Shown piece after piece: positions 1 to 12,800 of a DNA stretch of 64,000 bases; the first letter of the stretch is position 1; each line of letters opens with the position of its first letter. The stretch spans positions 29,056,001 to 29,120,000 of the forward strand of contig CP068257.2 in assembly GCA_009914755.4 (NCBI GenBank). The letters are read 5' to 3'. Position numbers and translations under genes: made by a program. The stretch comes from the human T2T-CHM13v2.0 reference genome, Homo sapiens. The notes below the pieces were generated by a model, which saw nothing but the letters and a program-made list of their open reading frames with translations, was not told the origin of the DNA and made no database searches.

Positions 1-2349
1 GAGACACAAGGAAGAAAGCCATGTAAAACCAGATTGAAGTGTTGCTGCCACAAGCCAAGAAATACTAGGGGCCATTAGAAGCTTAAAGAGGGAAGAAAAG
101 ATTCTCCCCTAAAGCTTTCAGAGTGAGTGTGGTCTTTCTGACACCTTGATTTCATTATTCTGGTCTTCAGAACTGTGAAAGAACTTTCTGTTGTTTCAAA
201 CCAACAAGTTTGCAGTAATTTGTTCCAGAAGTTCTAGAAAGCTAACACAGTTTCCTTCTCCACCTAAAATTCAGAAAATTGCTGAATTTTATAAAATGTT
301 TCTGCATTTATCAGTATTGGTAGGGAAAGGAGGCAGGGACATTCTGGGCAGAAGAGGGCAGGTTCCCAGGGAGTGCCCCACCCTTAAGCCTGGAACTGCA
401 GCCCAAAGTGAGAACTTACATACCTGTTTTCCTGCTTGAACGTTGCATTTTCCAAAACCACCATGGCCTGCCCCATCCCCTATCCTGTACCTATATAAAC
501 CCCAGGTTCAGCCAGCAGAGAGGAGAAGCAGCAGGATGTTAGAGACTGTGATTGGATGTCAGGGAGAAGTGGCTTGACTTCAGAGGGATGACTTAATGGT
601 GTAGCTTTGCAGAGGAGTCCAACCAGGGGATGGGCAGACTTCAGGAGAAGATTACCTTCCCTCTCTGTCCCCTTTTCAGTTTCTCTTCCTGCTGAGAGCC
701 ACTTTCATCAGCAATAAAATCCCCTGCATTTACCATCTTTAATTTGTTCATGTGACCTCATTCCTCCTGAACACCAGACAAGAACTTGGGTGTGGGTGCA
801 AAAGACTGTCACACTGACACTCCACTGAGCTGTTAACACTTAAGCCGTCTGTAGACAGCAGAGCTAAAAGAGCATGAGCAGTTTTGCTCCCACCGACACC
901 CAAAAGCGCTCACCTCAAGTCCTGCACCCGCTCACCTGCATTCCCTTTCCCACGAGGTGTGAAGCACAGCGGGTCTGAGTGAATGGAATTCATCCCTGCC
1001 AGCACCAAAGGGGCAGGCTGTTTCCAGCACCCCTGTACTCCAGTTCCAACCTGCAAAGCAGCCAGGGAAATATCCTGCTTCAGTATCACGATAGGCAGAA
1101 ATTGTAGCAAGTATTGCTAAAGACCACTGGTTAAAAGCACAGAAGTACTTAAAACAAACTGAGCTATTTATTCAAAATGCACAAATTTATATGCTAAACT
1201 GACTGCCTTAGAAAATTCTACAAAACACATTGGCCTTCAGAAAAAGGATATCATCATATTTCATGTACCTTCTGGAAAACTAAACTACATACTCATGAGA
1301 CAATGAGAGTAAATAAAGCAAATAATGTCCTAATATTATTATAAGATTAATTTTGACCTATAAAACTAGCACTCTAGGAGAAACATGGGGACCCCCAAAG
1401 TCTCACCCCATAGTTATGAACTGCTGCTACATTCTGTTATAGTGGTATTAGGGAAAAAGTTATATGTGGAATTTCTTCCAGGTATGTCATTCAAGAACAC
1501 CAAAACTATTTATAAATACATTTGGAGAAAATGTTTCCCTTTAAATTTAGCATATCTGTTTCTCCTGAAAATACCCACAGGGACACAGTCTTTTATTTTG
1601 AATCAACTTCCAAAAGTGCTGCATCTCCTTGTCATGCAATTGTAGTGTCAGGTCTCCACAGGTAATTATATCTGCATCAAAATGCATGGAATTGATATAG
1701 GAAACCAGAACATAACCAAACTTGGCTCATGGCTTGCACTTTAGGGTGAGTTATATGAAAAAGAGATCTTTACAGGATAAAGCAAATTTCTAGTTTATAC
1801 TATCAAGGGAGCTTGAGAGCAGTTTATTTGAAATTTTAAAAAAATGAAAAGAAAAGAAAAATGGCCAGCACAATTTTAATAAAATTTTGCTAACTTTTTG
1901 GCTAAAAAGAGAGACTTAAAGTCTTGAATATGGCAACATATATTTTTCTGGTCTCAATCAGAAATATTATAGTAAAAATCATAACAGAAGGTAACATATC
2001 ATGCCCTAAAGCAGGTATGTTTTTGTGCATAAAAGAAGCAGATAGTTTTTTTAAATTACATATAAAACTAAGTACATTTAATTATGATGAAATATTTTTC
2101 CATGATCCAATTTAAAGTAAAAACTGAAATGAGGTAAAGGGAAGAGTACTAGAAATGCAGTAGCATGATACAGCAAGCTGAAAAGATTCGGAAATAAGCA
2201 TTTGCTCTGTTTCTATTAACGCTGCTAGGTTCTCTTTTTATCAGCCAGCAGGGAGCTCTTCACATTTTGTGTATTCTTGAAGTATTCAGTAATAATAAGC
2301 ATATAGTTGTCTTTTAGAAAAGGTCAGCTACAACCATAGCTTTTGTCAG

Positions 2350-2670
2350 ATCCCGTAGTAGTAACCAGCCATGGTCAGAACTACAGCCAATCTTATGGTC
2401 TCCTAAACCTTCACCTCTATAGCTACAGCCGGGGACATAATTCCAGCATTAAAGGTGTTTATACAATAGGTTCCATGTATGGTAATAGGATTTGGAAGAT
2501 TTAGGATGGTCTCCTAAACCTTCACCTCCGCAGCTATCGCCAGGAGCATAATTCCAGTATCTAAAGGTGTTTATACAATAGGTGCCATACCTGGTAATAG
2601 GATTTGGAGAATCACTGATAACTATTCTTAAGTCACATGTCACCACCTCTCCAAGAATCCATACCACTAA
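2350..2670 (-). pseudogene. Degenerate HGT-KRTAP (KRTAP6/20/22-like) remnant with internal 110-bp tandem duplication
   Basis: Minus-strand translations give SYYHTWNLLY...YWNYAPGDSCGGEGLGDH, then ...GCSYRGEGLGDHKIGCSSDHGWLLLRDL. These resemble the KRTAP6/20 layout SYYGNYYG...GCGYGGLGYGYGGLG...CGSGSGYYY*. The nucleotide ggctgtagctatagaggt matches ggctgtggctatggaggt. The frame is broken by stops and frame changes. Confidence 0.35.
2397..2617. repeat. Two-copy tandem duplication, unit ~110 bp
   Basis: 2397..2505 and 2506..2617 are about 90% identical. Both read ggtctcctaaaccttcacct...gctacagcc...ataattccag...aaaggtgtttatacaataggt.ccat..ctggtaataggatttgga. Confidence 0.8.
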
Positions 2671-3109
2671 TACTTATGAAAGCATATCTCTTTTATTCAC
2701 TCTCCTAAATCTCCACAATAATCTATACAAAAGCATTTATTATCTTGGCCTCTTACATAACAGGATTCTTTTGTGATTGTAAAAGTGTTCCCTTTGAGTT
2801 TTCTAGGGAGTTAGGCATTTCCACAAATCAGTTTTGTGCATTTAATGAGCAGTGAATTCCACGTCCTCAATGTCCTTGTCTTCACTGAAATGTATTCATG
2901 ACAGTCACAAGCAACCTGAGTGTGCTGTGGTTCTCTAATTATACACCTGATCTTTCAGTCAATGCAAATGATGAGATTGTTCTCATAACTAAAAACCTCA
3001 TTCACCTTTTTCTCTAGAGCCAACTCATGTCTTGAATTTATTTGGAAACAACTTTGTATTTTTGGTTTCTACTTTATTTTCTTTTCCTGGAAGACCTGTA
3101 ATTTATTTA

Positions 3110-4400
3110 TTTTTTTAGTTGCTGTAAAAACACTTAACATGAAATTAACTCTCTTAACAAATTTTTAAGTGCACAACACAGCATAGGTAAATATAGGCAT
3201 TATGTTGTACAGCAGATCTCAGAGCTTATTCTTCTTGCATCACTGATACTTTATACCCATTGAGTAGCAATTTCCCAGTTCTCCCTTCCTTCAGCCCCTG
3301 GCAACCACTATTCTACTTTCTGCTACTATAAGTTTGCCTATTTTAAATACCTCATGTAAGTAGAATCATACTTATTGGCTTATTTCACTTAGCATAATGT
3401 CTTCCAGGTTCATCCATATTGTTATATATGCCAGGATTTTCTTCCTTTTTAAGGCTGAAAAATATTCCATTGTATATATATACTACATTTTCTTTATTTA
3501 TTGATCAGCCAATAAACATTTAGGTAGTTTTCATATCTTGGCTATTTTGAATAATGCTGCAACAAAGATAGGAGTGCAAATATCTCTTAAGTTCCTGATT
3601 TCCATTATTTTAAATAGGTGCCCAGAAGTGTGATGGCTGAATCATATGGTAGCTTTACATTTTAATTTTTTGAGGAATGTTCATACCATTTTCCATACTG
3701 GCTGCACCATATTTTACATTTCCACCAACAGTGTACAGAGGTTCCAATTTCTCCATGTCCTCATCAATGGTTGTCTTTTTTATAATAGCCATCATAATAG
3801 GTATGAGATGGTATCTCATTGTGGTTTTGATTTGCATTCCCCTGATAATTAGTGATGTTGAGCATCTTTTCATGTACCTGTTGGTCATTTATATCTCTTC
3901 TCTGGAGAAATGCCTGTTAAGGTCTTTTGCCCATTTTTAATTGAGTTATTTGTTTGGGTTTTTTTTAATTTAGTTATTAGCTTGTATATATTGTGATTGT
4001 TAATCTCTTAACATATATATGATTTGAAAATATTGCCTCTGACTGCATAAGTTACCTTTCAATGTTGTTGGTTATTTCCCTTGCTGTGAAGAAGCTCTTT
4101 AGTTTGATATAGTACCACTTGTCTATTATGCTTTTTTTGCTTATGCTTTTGGTGTCATATCCAAGGTATCATAGCCAAGACCAATGATGTCATGAAGCTT
4201 TTCTCCTATGTTTTCTTCTACATGTTTTACAGTTTCAGGTCTTAGGTTAGTCTTTAATCCATTTTGAGTTGATTTTCATATATAATATAAATTAAGGGTC
4301 TGATGTTATTCTTTTTCATGTAGCTATCCAGTTCTTCCAACATTGTTCCTTGAAGGGACTGCTTTCCCCATTGTATATTCTTGCCACAATATGACAACTC
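3110..4400 (-). mobile_element. L1 LINE 3' end (ORF2 C-terminus plus 3' UTR), antisense
   Basis: This is canonical L1 3'-end antisense sequence. It reads cagcccctggcaaccactattctac...cttatttcacttagcataatgtcttccaggttcatcc...ggctgaaaaatattccattgta...tggtatctcattgtggttttgatttgcattcccctgataattagtgatgttgagcatcttttcatg...cccatttttaattg. A poly-T/AT-rich tail lies at the low-coordinate end. Confidence 0.85.
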
Positions 4401-5610
4401 CCAAAAGACCAGGTATAGAAGGAATTTACCACAATACTATGATGGTCACATATTAAAAGCCCACAACTAACATACTCAATTGTAAAAAAAATGGAAAGGT
4501 TTTCCTCTAAGGTCAAGAACAAGTCAAGGATGCTCATTCTGGCCATTTATATTTAAAATGCTACTTGAAGTTCTAGACAGAATAATTAGACAAGAAAAAT
4601 AAATAAAAGTCATACACATCAGAAAGGAAGAAGTAAAATTATCGCTACAAACGGCATGATCTTATGCACAGAAAACCCTAAAGACTTCACAGAAAAGCTG
4701 TTACAAGAAAATCAAAAACTTCAGTAAAGGTTCAGGATACAAAATCAACATACAAAAGTCAGTCGTGTTTATATACACTGACAACAAACTATCTAAAATG
4801 GAAATTAAGAAAATAATCCTATTTGTGATAGTATCAAAAAGAATAAAATAGGAATAAATTTAAGAAGATGAAAGATTTGTGCATTGAAAGCTACAAAGCA
4901 TGTATGAAAGAAATTAGACAAAATAAATGGAAAGATTTCTGATGTTTACGAATTGGATAACAATATTATTAAAATGTCCATATTACCCAAAGTGGTCTAC
5001 CAATACCAATTTTAATGCAGTACCTATAAAATCCCAGTGACAGTTTTCATAGAGATAAGAAAAACAATTCTGAAATTAATATAAAACCACAAAGGACCCA
5101 AAACACCCAAAGCAATTTTGAGAAAAAAGAACAAAGATAGAGGCATCACAATTTCTGATTTCAAAATATATTATAAAAATACAATAATTAAAACGGTATG
5201 AGATGGCATAACAAAGACATATAAACCAATGAAACAGGCCAGGTGTGGTGGCTCACGCCTGTAATCCCAGCACTTGGAGGGCGGAGGTGGGTGGATTACC
5301 TGAGACCAGGAGTTTGAGACCAGTCTGGCCAACATGGCAAAACCCCGTCTTTCCTAAAATAGAAAAGTTAGCTAGGCATGGTGGAGCATGCCTGTAGTGT
5401 CAGTTATTCAGGAAGCTCAGGCAGGAGAATCCCTAGAACCCAAGAGGTGGAGGTTGCAGTGAGCTAATATCACGCCACTGCACTCCAGCCTGGGTGACAG
5501 AGTGAGACACTGTCTCAAAAACAAGCAAACAAAAAAATGAAGTAAAAGAGAGACCCCAAAAATAAACCCATGTTTATACAGACAACTGATATTGGCAATT
5601 AACTTTGAAT
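4376..5610 (+). mobile_element. L1 LINE ORF2 (reverse-transcriptase region) segment, sense; interrupted by the Alu at 5237..5538
   Basis: It reads ...ggaagaagtaaaattatcgctacaaacggcatgatcttatgcacagaaaaccctaaagac...ggatacaaaatcaacatacaaaagtcagtcg...ccatattacccaaagtggtctaccaataccaatttt...ggcatcacaatttctgatttcaaaatatattataaa. This matches the L1MA/L1MB ORF2 consensus. Confidence 0.8.
5237..5538 (+). mobile_element. Alu SINE, full length
   Basis: It starts ggccaggtgtggtggctcacgcctgtaatcccagcac and ends in an A-rich tail. It is inserted into an L1 ORF2 segment. Confidence 0.9.
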
Positions 5611-6260
5611 AAATTCTGTATACCTTGTCCTTTCACAATTTTTGATTTAGCAATTTATCAGGAATTATTTTAATAACTGCTTCACATGGTAGTTTTTAGG
5701 AGAAGAAATAAAAAACTCATTGTAAATTATAAGGCTTCATACAAATATAAGATGTTATGACTCATTATAACTTTCCAAAGTTATCTTTTATTTTACATTA
5801 GGTTGAAGACATTAATACTCAGAAAATTCGGCTTGGAAACTTAGTTGAATTTGGCCAAAAATTTTTTAAATCAGCTTTTTAAAAATGACCCTGTTAAACA
5901 TTTACACAAAAAGCAACTTTTATTTTTAAATTAGCTAGTTTGGCTAAATTTGAATACTTCTAGTAAATTAATAAAACTAGGTTCAGTTATAGCTTGAAGA
6001 TTTTTTTTTTCAGTGTTTTGCAAATTATCATGTTTTAATCCCTTGAAATAGTAAGCAAGTAGAATCATTGTAACATTATGCTGGGAAGCTCTATTTTCAG
6101 AGAACATAAATTTAATTGATAGCAGCTCAGCTTTTTTCCATTTAACACTATGAACTTGTTGGTAATATTTTATTAGAAGTTAGATTTCTATGGCTAAAAG
6201 TGAGTTTGAAAAATACTGCTTTGTGTTATATTTTATAGACTCCATAAAACCTGTCATATA

Positions 6261-6608
<348 letters not shown>

Positions 6609-6699
6609 CTACAGTTATTTTATTAATTTATGGGGGAGCATATATAAATTACTTAATAAAATTTATTTTTAAAGGAGTTCTACATTCACAAAAAAACTG

Positions 6700-7800
6700 A
6701 GCAGAGCACAGAGTTCCTATACATACCCTTCCCTCACCTATGCACCCCCATTATGAACATCCCCACCAGGGTGGTACATTTGCTACAATTGATGAACCTA
6801 TATTGACACATCATCACCAAAATTCCATAATTTACATTAGGGTTTATTCATGGTGTTGTACATTCTATGGATTTTGAAAAATATATAATGACATGTAGCC
6901 ACCACTAAATATACAGAATAGTTTCACTGCCCTAAATCTCCTCTGTGCTCCATCTATTCATTTCTCCCTCCCCTCAATTCCTGGCAACTAATGAGCTCTT
7001 AACTGTCTTTATAGTTTTGCCTTTTCCAGATTGTCATGGGGTTGGAATGATACAGTATACAGCCTTTTCAGATTGGTTGCTTTCACTCAGTAATTTGCAT
7101 TTCAGGTTCTCCAGGTCTTTTCAGGACTGGACAGCTCATTTTTTTTAAGTTCTTGACAGCTCATTTCTTTTAAGTCCTGGATAGTATTTCGTTGTCTAAA
7201 TGTAGAACAGTTTATTTATCAATTCACCTATTGAAGGATGAAGGACATCTGGTTTGCTTCCAAGCTTTAACAATTATGAATAAATCTGCCATAAACATTA
7301 GTGTGCAAGTTTTTGTATGGACATACATTTTCAATTCCTTTATGCAAATGATAAAGAGTGTTATTGCTGGGTTATGTGATAAGAGTATGTTTAGTTTTGT
7401 AAGATACCACCAAATTGTCTTTCAAAGAAACCACAATTTGGCATTCTCTCCATCTGGTAGGTGAGAGTTCCTGTTGCTCTACATCCTTGTCAACGTTTGG
7501 CATTGTCAATGACCATTCTAGTCGGTTTTTGCTAATACCTCATTATAGTTTTAATTTGCAACTCCTTAATGAAATATGATGTTGAGCATCTTTTCATATG
7601 CCTATTTGCCATCTGTACATATTCTTCAATGAGGTGTTTGTTCAGGTCTTTTGTCTACTTTTGAATCTAGTCATTCATTTCTTATTGTTGAATTTTAAGA
7701 AAGTTTTGTGTATTTTGGATAAGAGCCCTTTATCAGTTGTGTCTTAGCAAATATTTTCTCCCATTCTGTGGCTTATTTTCTCATTTACTTGACATCCATT
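6700..7800 (-). mobile_element. Ancient L1 (L1M-type) 3' end, antisense
   Basis: It reads cctggcaactaatgagctcttaactgtctttatagttttgccttttccag...caattcacctattgaaggatgaaggacatctggtttgcttccaagctttaacaattatgaataaatctgccataaacatt...gatgttgagcatcttttcatatgcctatttgcc...aaatattttctcccattctgtggcttattttctc. This matches L1MC/MD-like consensus motifs. Confidence 0.7.
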
Positions 7801-9584
7801 AACTTTGAAATCAAATCTGCACTCTGTATTTCAAACCTTACACAAATATGTGTTATGGATTGTTTTAATACCATCTCTATTTGACTTCACTAACAACCAT
7901 TTTGTTCTTCCTTTTAAAGTCATTCAAATCTCACATTCTTACTGAGGATATCACTAAGTGACCACGTTATATCTTCTAAACAAAATGCAAAAGAAATGGA
8001 AACAGAAGACACCAAAGGAATATCTTTCATTCTGATTACCTAAACTCATGACATTGAGAATATTGGCATTGAAAAAGACCTACCGTCCTATGACAAAACC
8101 ACCATGTTTCCAGATACTTTTTAAAGTATAAATATAACATTGGAGATTTGTTTCATTTCATTATGCTATGCGTAACATAGCCATCAGTTTTCATATTTAA
8201 ACTTTTCCTGATCAAGGACATAATCTGTATTCAGCATGTTGGCTGGCCACAGGACATTCTTTGCTAGCAAGCAAATTACTTTAAAATATTTAAAAATAAT
8301 ACCTTAAAGGAAAAAGCACAGAAACTTACCTCCATTTAAAGTACATAAGGACAAATGGGAGGAAAATGTTTGGTTCATTATTTTACTGAATCGTGGTTGA
8401 AGTTATGGCCATAAATAAATTTGAAATTATATTCATAACTGTATCTTACTCAAGACCCTAGGACAATTGGCACAATTACACATAATGGCAAGCACATTGC
8501 ATTTCCCTCGTGTTGTTTTATGTACAGAGAGGGTAGTTTTACTATATGCAATGATCTTTTAATATTGGAAAAATACTTGAGAGTATTGGAGATCACATTT
8601 GTACCAGTGAAAGTGGATAATAAGTGCTTTAAAATTAAAAAAAAAAAGTACCAGTGAAGGTCAGAATTTGAAGATGTATGTAGGTGGTAGAAATCTTGGC
8701 CCACAAACTCGAATGTGAAAAACACGTTTTCATTATTTGAATCAGTGTATTATGTTTCTAAACTCCTGTGCCAGTACACAAAAATAGAATGTATCCCTTC
8801 TTTGGGAGAGTCCACCATTTTAACTGTATTCAGCCTCTTTAAAAATTACTCTGAGTCCCATTTTTTTAATCTAAAAAAAGAAGCATAAATGACCTATGTA
8901 AGTCACAATAAAAATTAAACATACTAGTCAGAGATATGGATAGCAATTTATACCTCTGTTCCCCTTCATTTTCACTGATGACTGATTCTCTGTCTCAGCA
9001 TTTTCTAAATTTACTATGCCCAAATATTTTCCATCTTAAGAACAATTTCCTCTTTGCCTTGTATTTTCCTTTACCATATCCCTTTTCTTTTTATTTTTAC
9101 AATAAATTTCATTATTTTTTACTTCATAAATAATTCATGAACATATAATTTAAAACAAATAGATCATTACAGAAAAAGCCAAAGACCATTTTGAAAATGA
9201 CTACTAATCAATGTCCCCTCCTCCTCTGCAAATAAAGCAAACTAATTTACCAATTGGAAAACTTACTGCAAAACTTATTTTTCTTTTTCTCTGCATTTAA
9301 CATATAAATAACTAGCTTTAGAAAATACATTAGGAAGTGGTATACTTTAACCCCAAATGAAATATTATGTACAATTCTTCCATTAAGTTTTCCTCTTAAA
9401 ATACCTTTAAAAATCTTTCTAGCTATGTCTCTCATTAAAAATCAAAACAATAAGGCATTGCATAGAATTACATAGCATGAATATGTCATATTAATAGTTT
9501 ATACACACTTATATTGCTAAACATGTAGGTTATTTGTAATTTTTCCCTGTCAGAAACACTATTACATTGTGTTACAAATGTGAA

Positions 9585-11847
9585 TTCTACATTAGTTTGC
9601 TTCCATGCTGCTGATAAAGACACCCTAGACTGGGTAATTTATACAGGAAAAAGATTTTAATAGACTTAGAGTTCCGCATGACTGAGGAGGCCTCACAATC
9701 ATGGCAGAAGGCAAGGAGGAGCAAGTCACATCTTACATGGATGGCTGCTGGAAAAGAGAGAGCTTGTGCAGAGAAACTCTCCCTTATAGAACCATCAGAT
9801 CTTGTCAGATTTTTTTCACTATCACGAGAACAGCACAGGAAATCCTGCTCCCATGATTCAATTACCTCCCACTGGGTCACTCCCACAATATGTGGGAAAT
9901 CAAGATGTGATTTGCGTAGGGACACAGCCAAACCATATCATTCCACCACTGGCCCCTCCTAGACCTCATGTCCTCACATTTCAAAACCAATCACACCTTC
10001 TCAACAGTCCCCAAAGTCTTAACTCATTTCAGCATTAACTCAAAAGTCCACAGTCCAAAGTCTTATCTGAGACAAGGCTTCCTTCCTTCCCTTCTGCCTA
10101 TGAGCCTGTAAAATCAAAAGCAGGTTAGTTACTTCCCAGATACAATGGGGGTACAGGCATTGGGTAAATGAAGCCATTCCAAATGGGAGAAATTGGCCAA
10201 AACAAAGGGGTTACAGGGCCTGTGCAAGTCTAAAATCCAGCAGGGCAGTCAAATTTTAAAGCTCCAAAATGATCTCCTTTGAAACCATGTCTCACATCCA
10301 GGTCACACTTATGCAACAGATAGGCTCTCATGGCCTTGGACAGCTCTGCCCCTGTGGCTTTGCAGGGTATAGCCCCCATCCCCATCCTGGCTGCTTTCAT
10401 GGAATGGCGTTGAGTACATTTCCAAGCACACAATACAAGCTGTTGGTGGATGTACTATTCTGGGGTTGCGGGGATGGTGGCCCTCTTCTCGCAGGTCCAC
10501 TAGGTGGTGCCCCAGTAGGGATTCTGTATGGGGTCTCTGACCCCACATTTCCCTTTCACACTGGTCTAGTGGAGGTTCACCATGAGGGCCTCACTCCCAC
10601 AGCAAACTTCTGCCTGGGCATTCAAGTGTTTCCATATATCCTCTGAAATCTAGGTATAGTTCCCCAAACCTCAATTTTTGACTTCCATGCACCCACAGGC
10701 TCAGCACCACATGCAAGCTGCCAAGGCTTGAAACTTGCCCCTCTGAAGCAACAGCCCAAGCTGTACCTTGGCCCCTTTTAGCTGTGGCTGGAGCAGCTGA
10801 GACACAGGGCACCAAGTTCCTAGTGGGAGTCCTGGGACCAGTCCATGAAATCATTCTTTTCCCCTAGGCTTCTGGGCCTGTGATTGGAGGGGCTGCCACA
10901 AAGGTCTCTGACATGTCCTGGAGACATTTTCCCCATTGTCTTGGGGATTAACATTTGGCTCCTCATTACTGATGCAAATTTCTGCAGCTGGCTTGAATAT
11001 CTCTTGAGAAAATGAAATTTTCTTTTCTATTGCATTGTCAGGCTGCAAATTTTTCAATCTTTTATGCTCTGCTTCTCTTATAAAACTGAATGCCTTTAAC
11101 AGCACCCAAGTCACCTCTTGAATGCTTTGCTGCTTAGAAATGTCTTCGGCCAGATACCCTAAATCATCTCTCTCAAGTTAAAAGTTCTGCAAGTCTAGGG
11201 CAGGGGCAAAATGCTGCCAGCCTCTTTGCTAAAACATAGCAAGAGTCGCTTTTGCTCCATTTCCCAACAAGTTCCTCATCTCCATCTGAGACCTCCTCAA
11301 CCTGGATTTCATTGTCCATATCATTATCAACATTTTGGTCAAAGCCATTCAACAGGTCTCTAGGGAGTTCCAACGTTCCCACATTTTCCTATCTTCTTCT
11401 GAGCCCTCCAAACTGTTCCAACCCTGCCTGTTACCCAGTTCCAAAGTCACTTCCACATTTTCAGGTATCTTTTCTGCAGGTCCCCACTCTACTGGTTCCA
11501 ATTTACTCTATTAGTTCATTTTCACACTTCCCAAAAAGACATACCTGAGACTGGGTAATTTATACAGGAAAGGGGTTTAATGGACTTACCATTCCACGTG
11601 GCTGGGGAGGCCTCACAATCATGGCGGAAGGTGAAATGCATGTCTTACATTGGTGGGAAGCAAGAGAGAGCTTGTGCAGAGAAACTCCCCCTTATAGAAC
11701 CATCAGATCTGGTGAGACTTATTCGCTATCACAAGAACAGCACAGGAAAGACCTGCCCCCATGATTCAATTACACTTCACCAGTTGCCTCCCACAACATG
11801 TAGGAATTCAAGATGAGATTTGGGTAGGGACACAGCCAAACCATATC
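9585..11847 (-). mobile_element. Full-length MaLR element (THE1/MST-like): LTR 9585..9940, internal ~9941..11504, LTR 11505..11847
   Basis: Both LTRs carry the antisense THE1 motifs. They begin ...ctgctgataaagacaccctagactgggtaatttatac, or cccaaaaagacatacctgagactgggtaatttatac for the second. They end ...gatttg(c/g)gtagggacacagccaaaccatatca. Two same-orientation LTRs about 1.56 kb apart match the THE1 structure. Confidence 0.75.
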
Positions 11848-12059
11848 ACTCTATATATGTCTCAGAGTAGTTTTTAGTGTTCTGTACAACATATATATTT
11901 TAAAAAAAACATTTTGTGTTGTAGGGCATGTACATTTTTAAAAATAGATACTAAAAAGAATGTTCTCTGATTCTCTTATTATACTGTAATTCACAATGTA
12001 TGAGAATACTCATTCACCCACACTTTTGCTTAATATATGAGGAAGTTTTAATTTTAATA

Positions 12060-12570
12060 AATGCGATTGGTGAAAATGGTTTGTTAATCTCTTAATTTGC
12101 ATTACCCCATTATTGGTGAACTTGAGCATCATTTTAATTTTTCTGGATACTTGCATTTTCACTTCTTTAAATTTCTCTTCAAATCCTTTGCTTATTTGTT
12201 TTTTGAGTTTTAATTTTTTATTGCTGTAGAATATACATAACATAAATTCTACTATCTTAGCCATTTTTAAATGAACAGTTCAGTGTCATTAAGTACACTC
12301 AATTTGTGGTGTATCCATCACCACTCTCCATCTCTAGACCATTTTCATTATCCCAAACTGAAACTCTGAACTTAATAAACACTAAATTACCAATTCCCTC
12401 TCCCCCAGGCCCTGGCAAGTACTATTTTACTTTCTGTTTCCATGAATTTGGCTATTATAGATACCTTATATATGTGGAATCATACAATACTTTGTTTACC
12501 CATTTGCATCTGGCTTGTTTCACTTAGCATAATATATTCAAAGCCTTTGCTCATTCATTATTGAGTTGTC
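12060..12570 (-). mobile_element. L1M 3'-end fragment, antisense
   Basis: It reads ggtgaacttgagcatcattttaatttt...caaatcctttgcttatttgtttttt...ccccaggccctggcaagtactattttactttctgtttccatgaatttggctatt...gtttcacttagcataatatattcaaagcc. Confidence 0.7.
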
Positions 12571-12701
12571 TTTTCTTATTATCTTTATGACTATAGATAT
12601 TAGTAATATATTCTTGATTGATAAATTCCACTGCTCAAAAACCACCTGTAGTAAAACAAAGTTAGATCTATTAATTTGCAGCATCAACAAAGAGTATATA
12701 A

Positions 12702-12740
12702 TGTGTGTGTGTGTGTGTGTGAGTGTGTGTGTGTGTGTGT
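12702..12740. repeat. (TG)n microsatellite
   Basis: It reads atgtgtgtgtgtgtgtgtgtgagtgtgtgtgtgtgtgtgt. Confidence 0.9.
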
Positions 12741-12800
12741 TGAGGCGGTGGGAAGTTATCTTTGAGCATCACAAAAGATGGGGGAAGGGCAAGTGTTATG

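Noticed and set aside
10230-11548. Several 67-125-aa ORFs on both strands at 10.2-11.5 kb
   Set aside because: They lie inside the internal region of the THE1/MST-like MaLR element. MaLR internals are non-coding and the ORFs have no protein-like composition.
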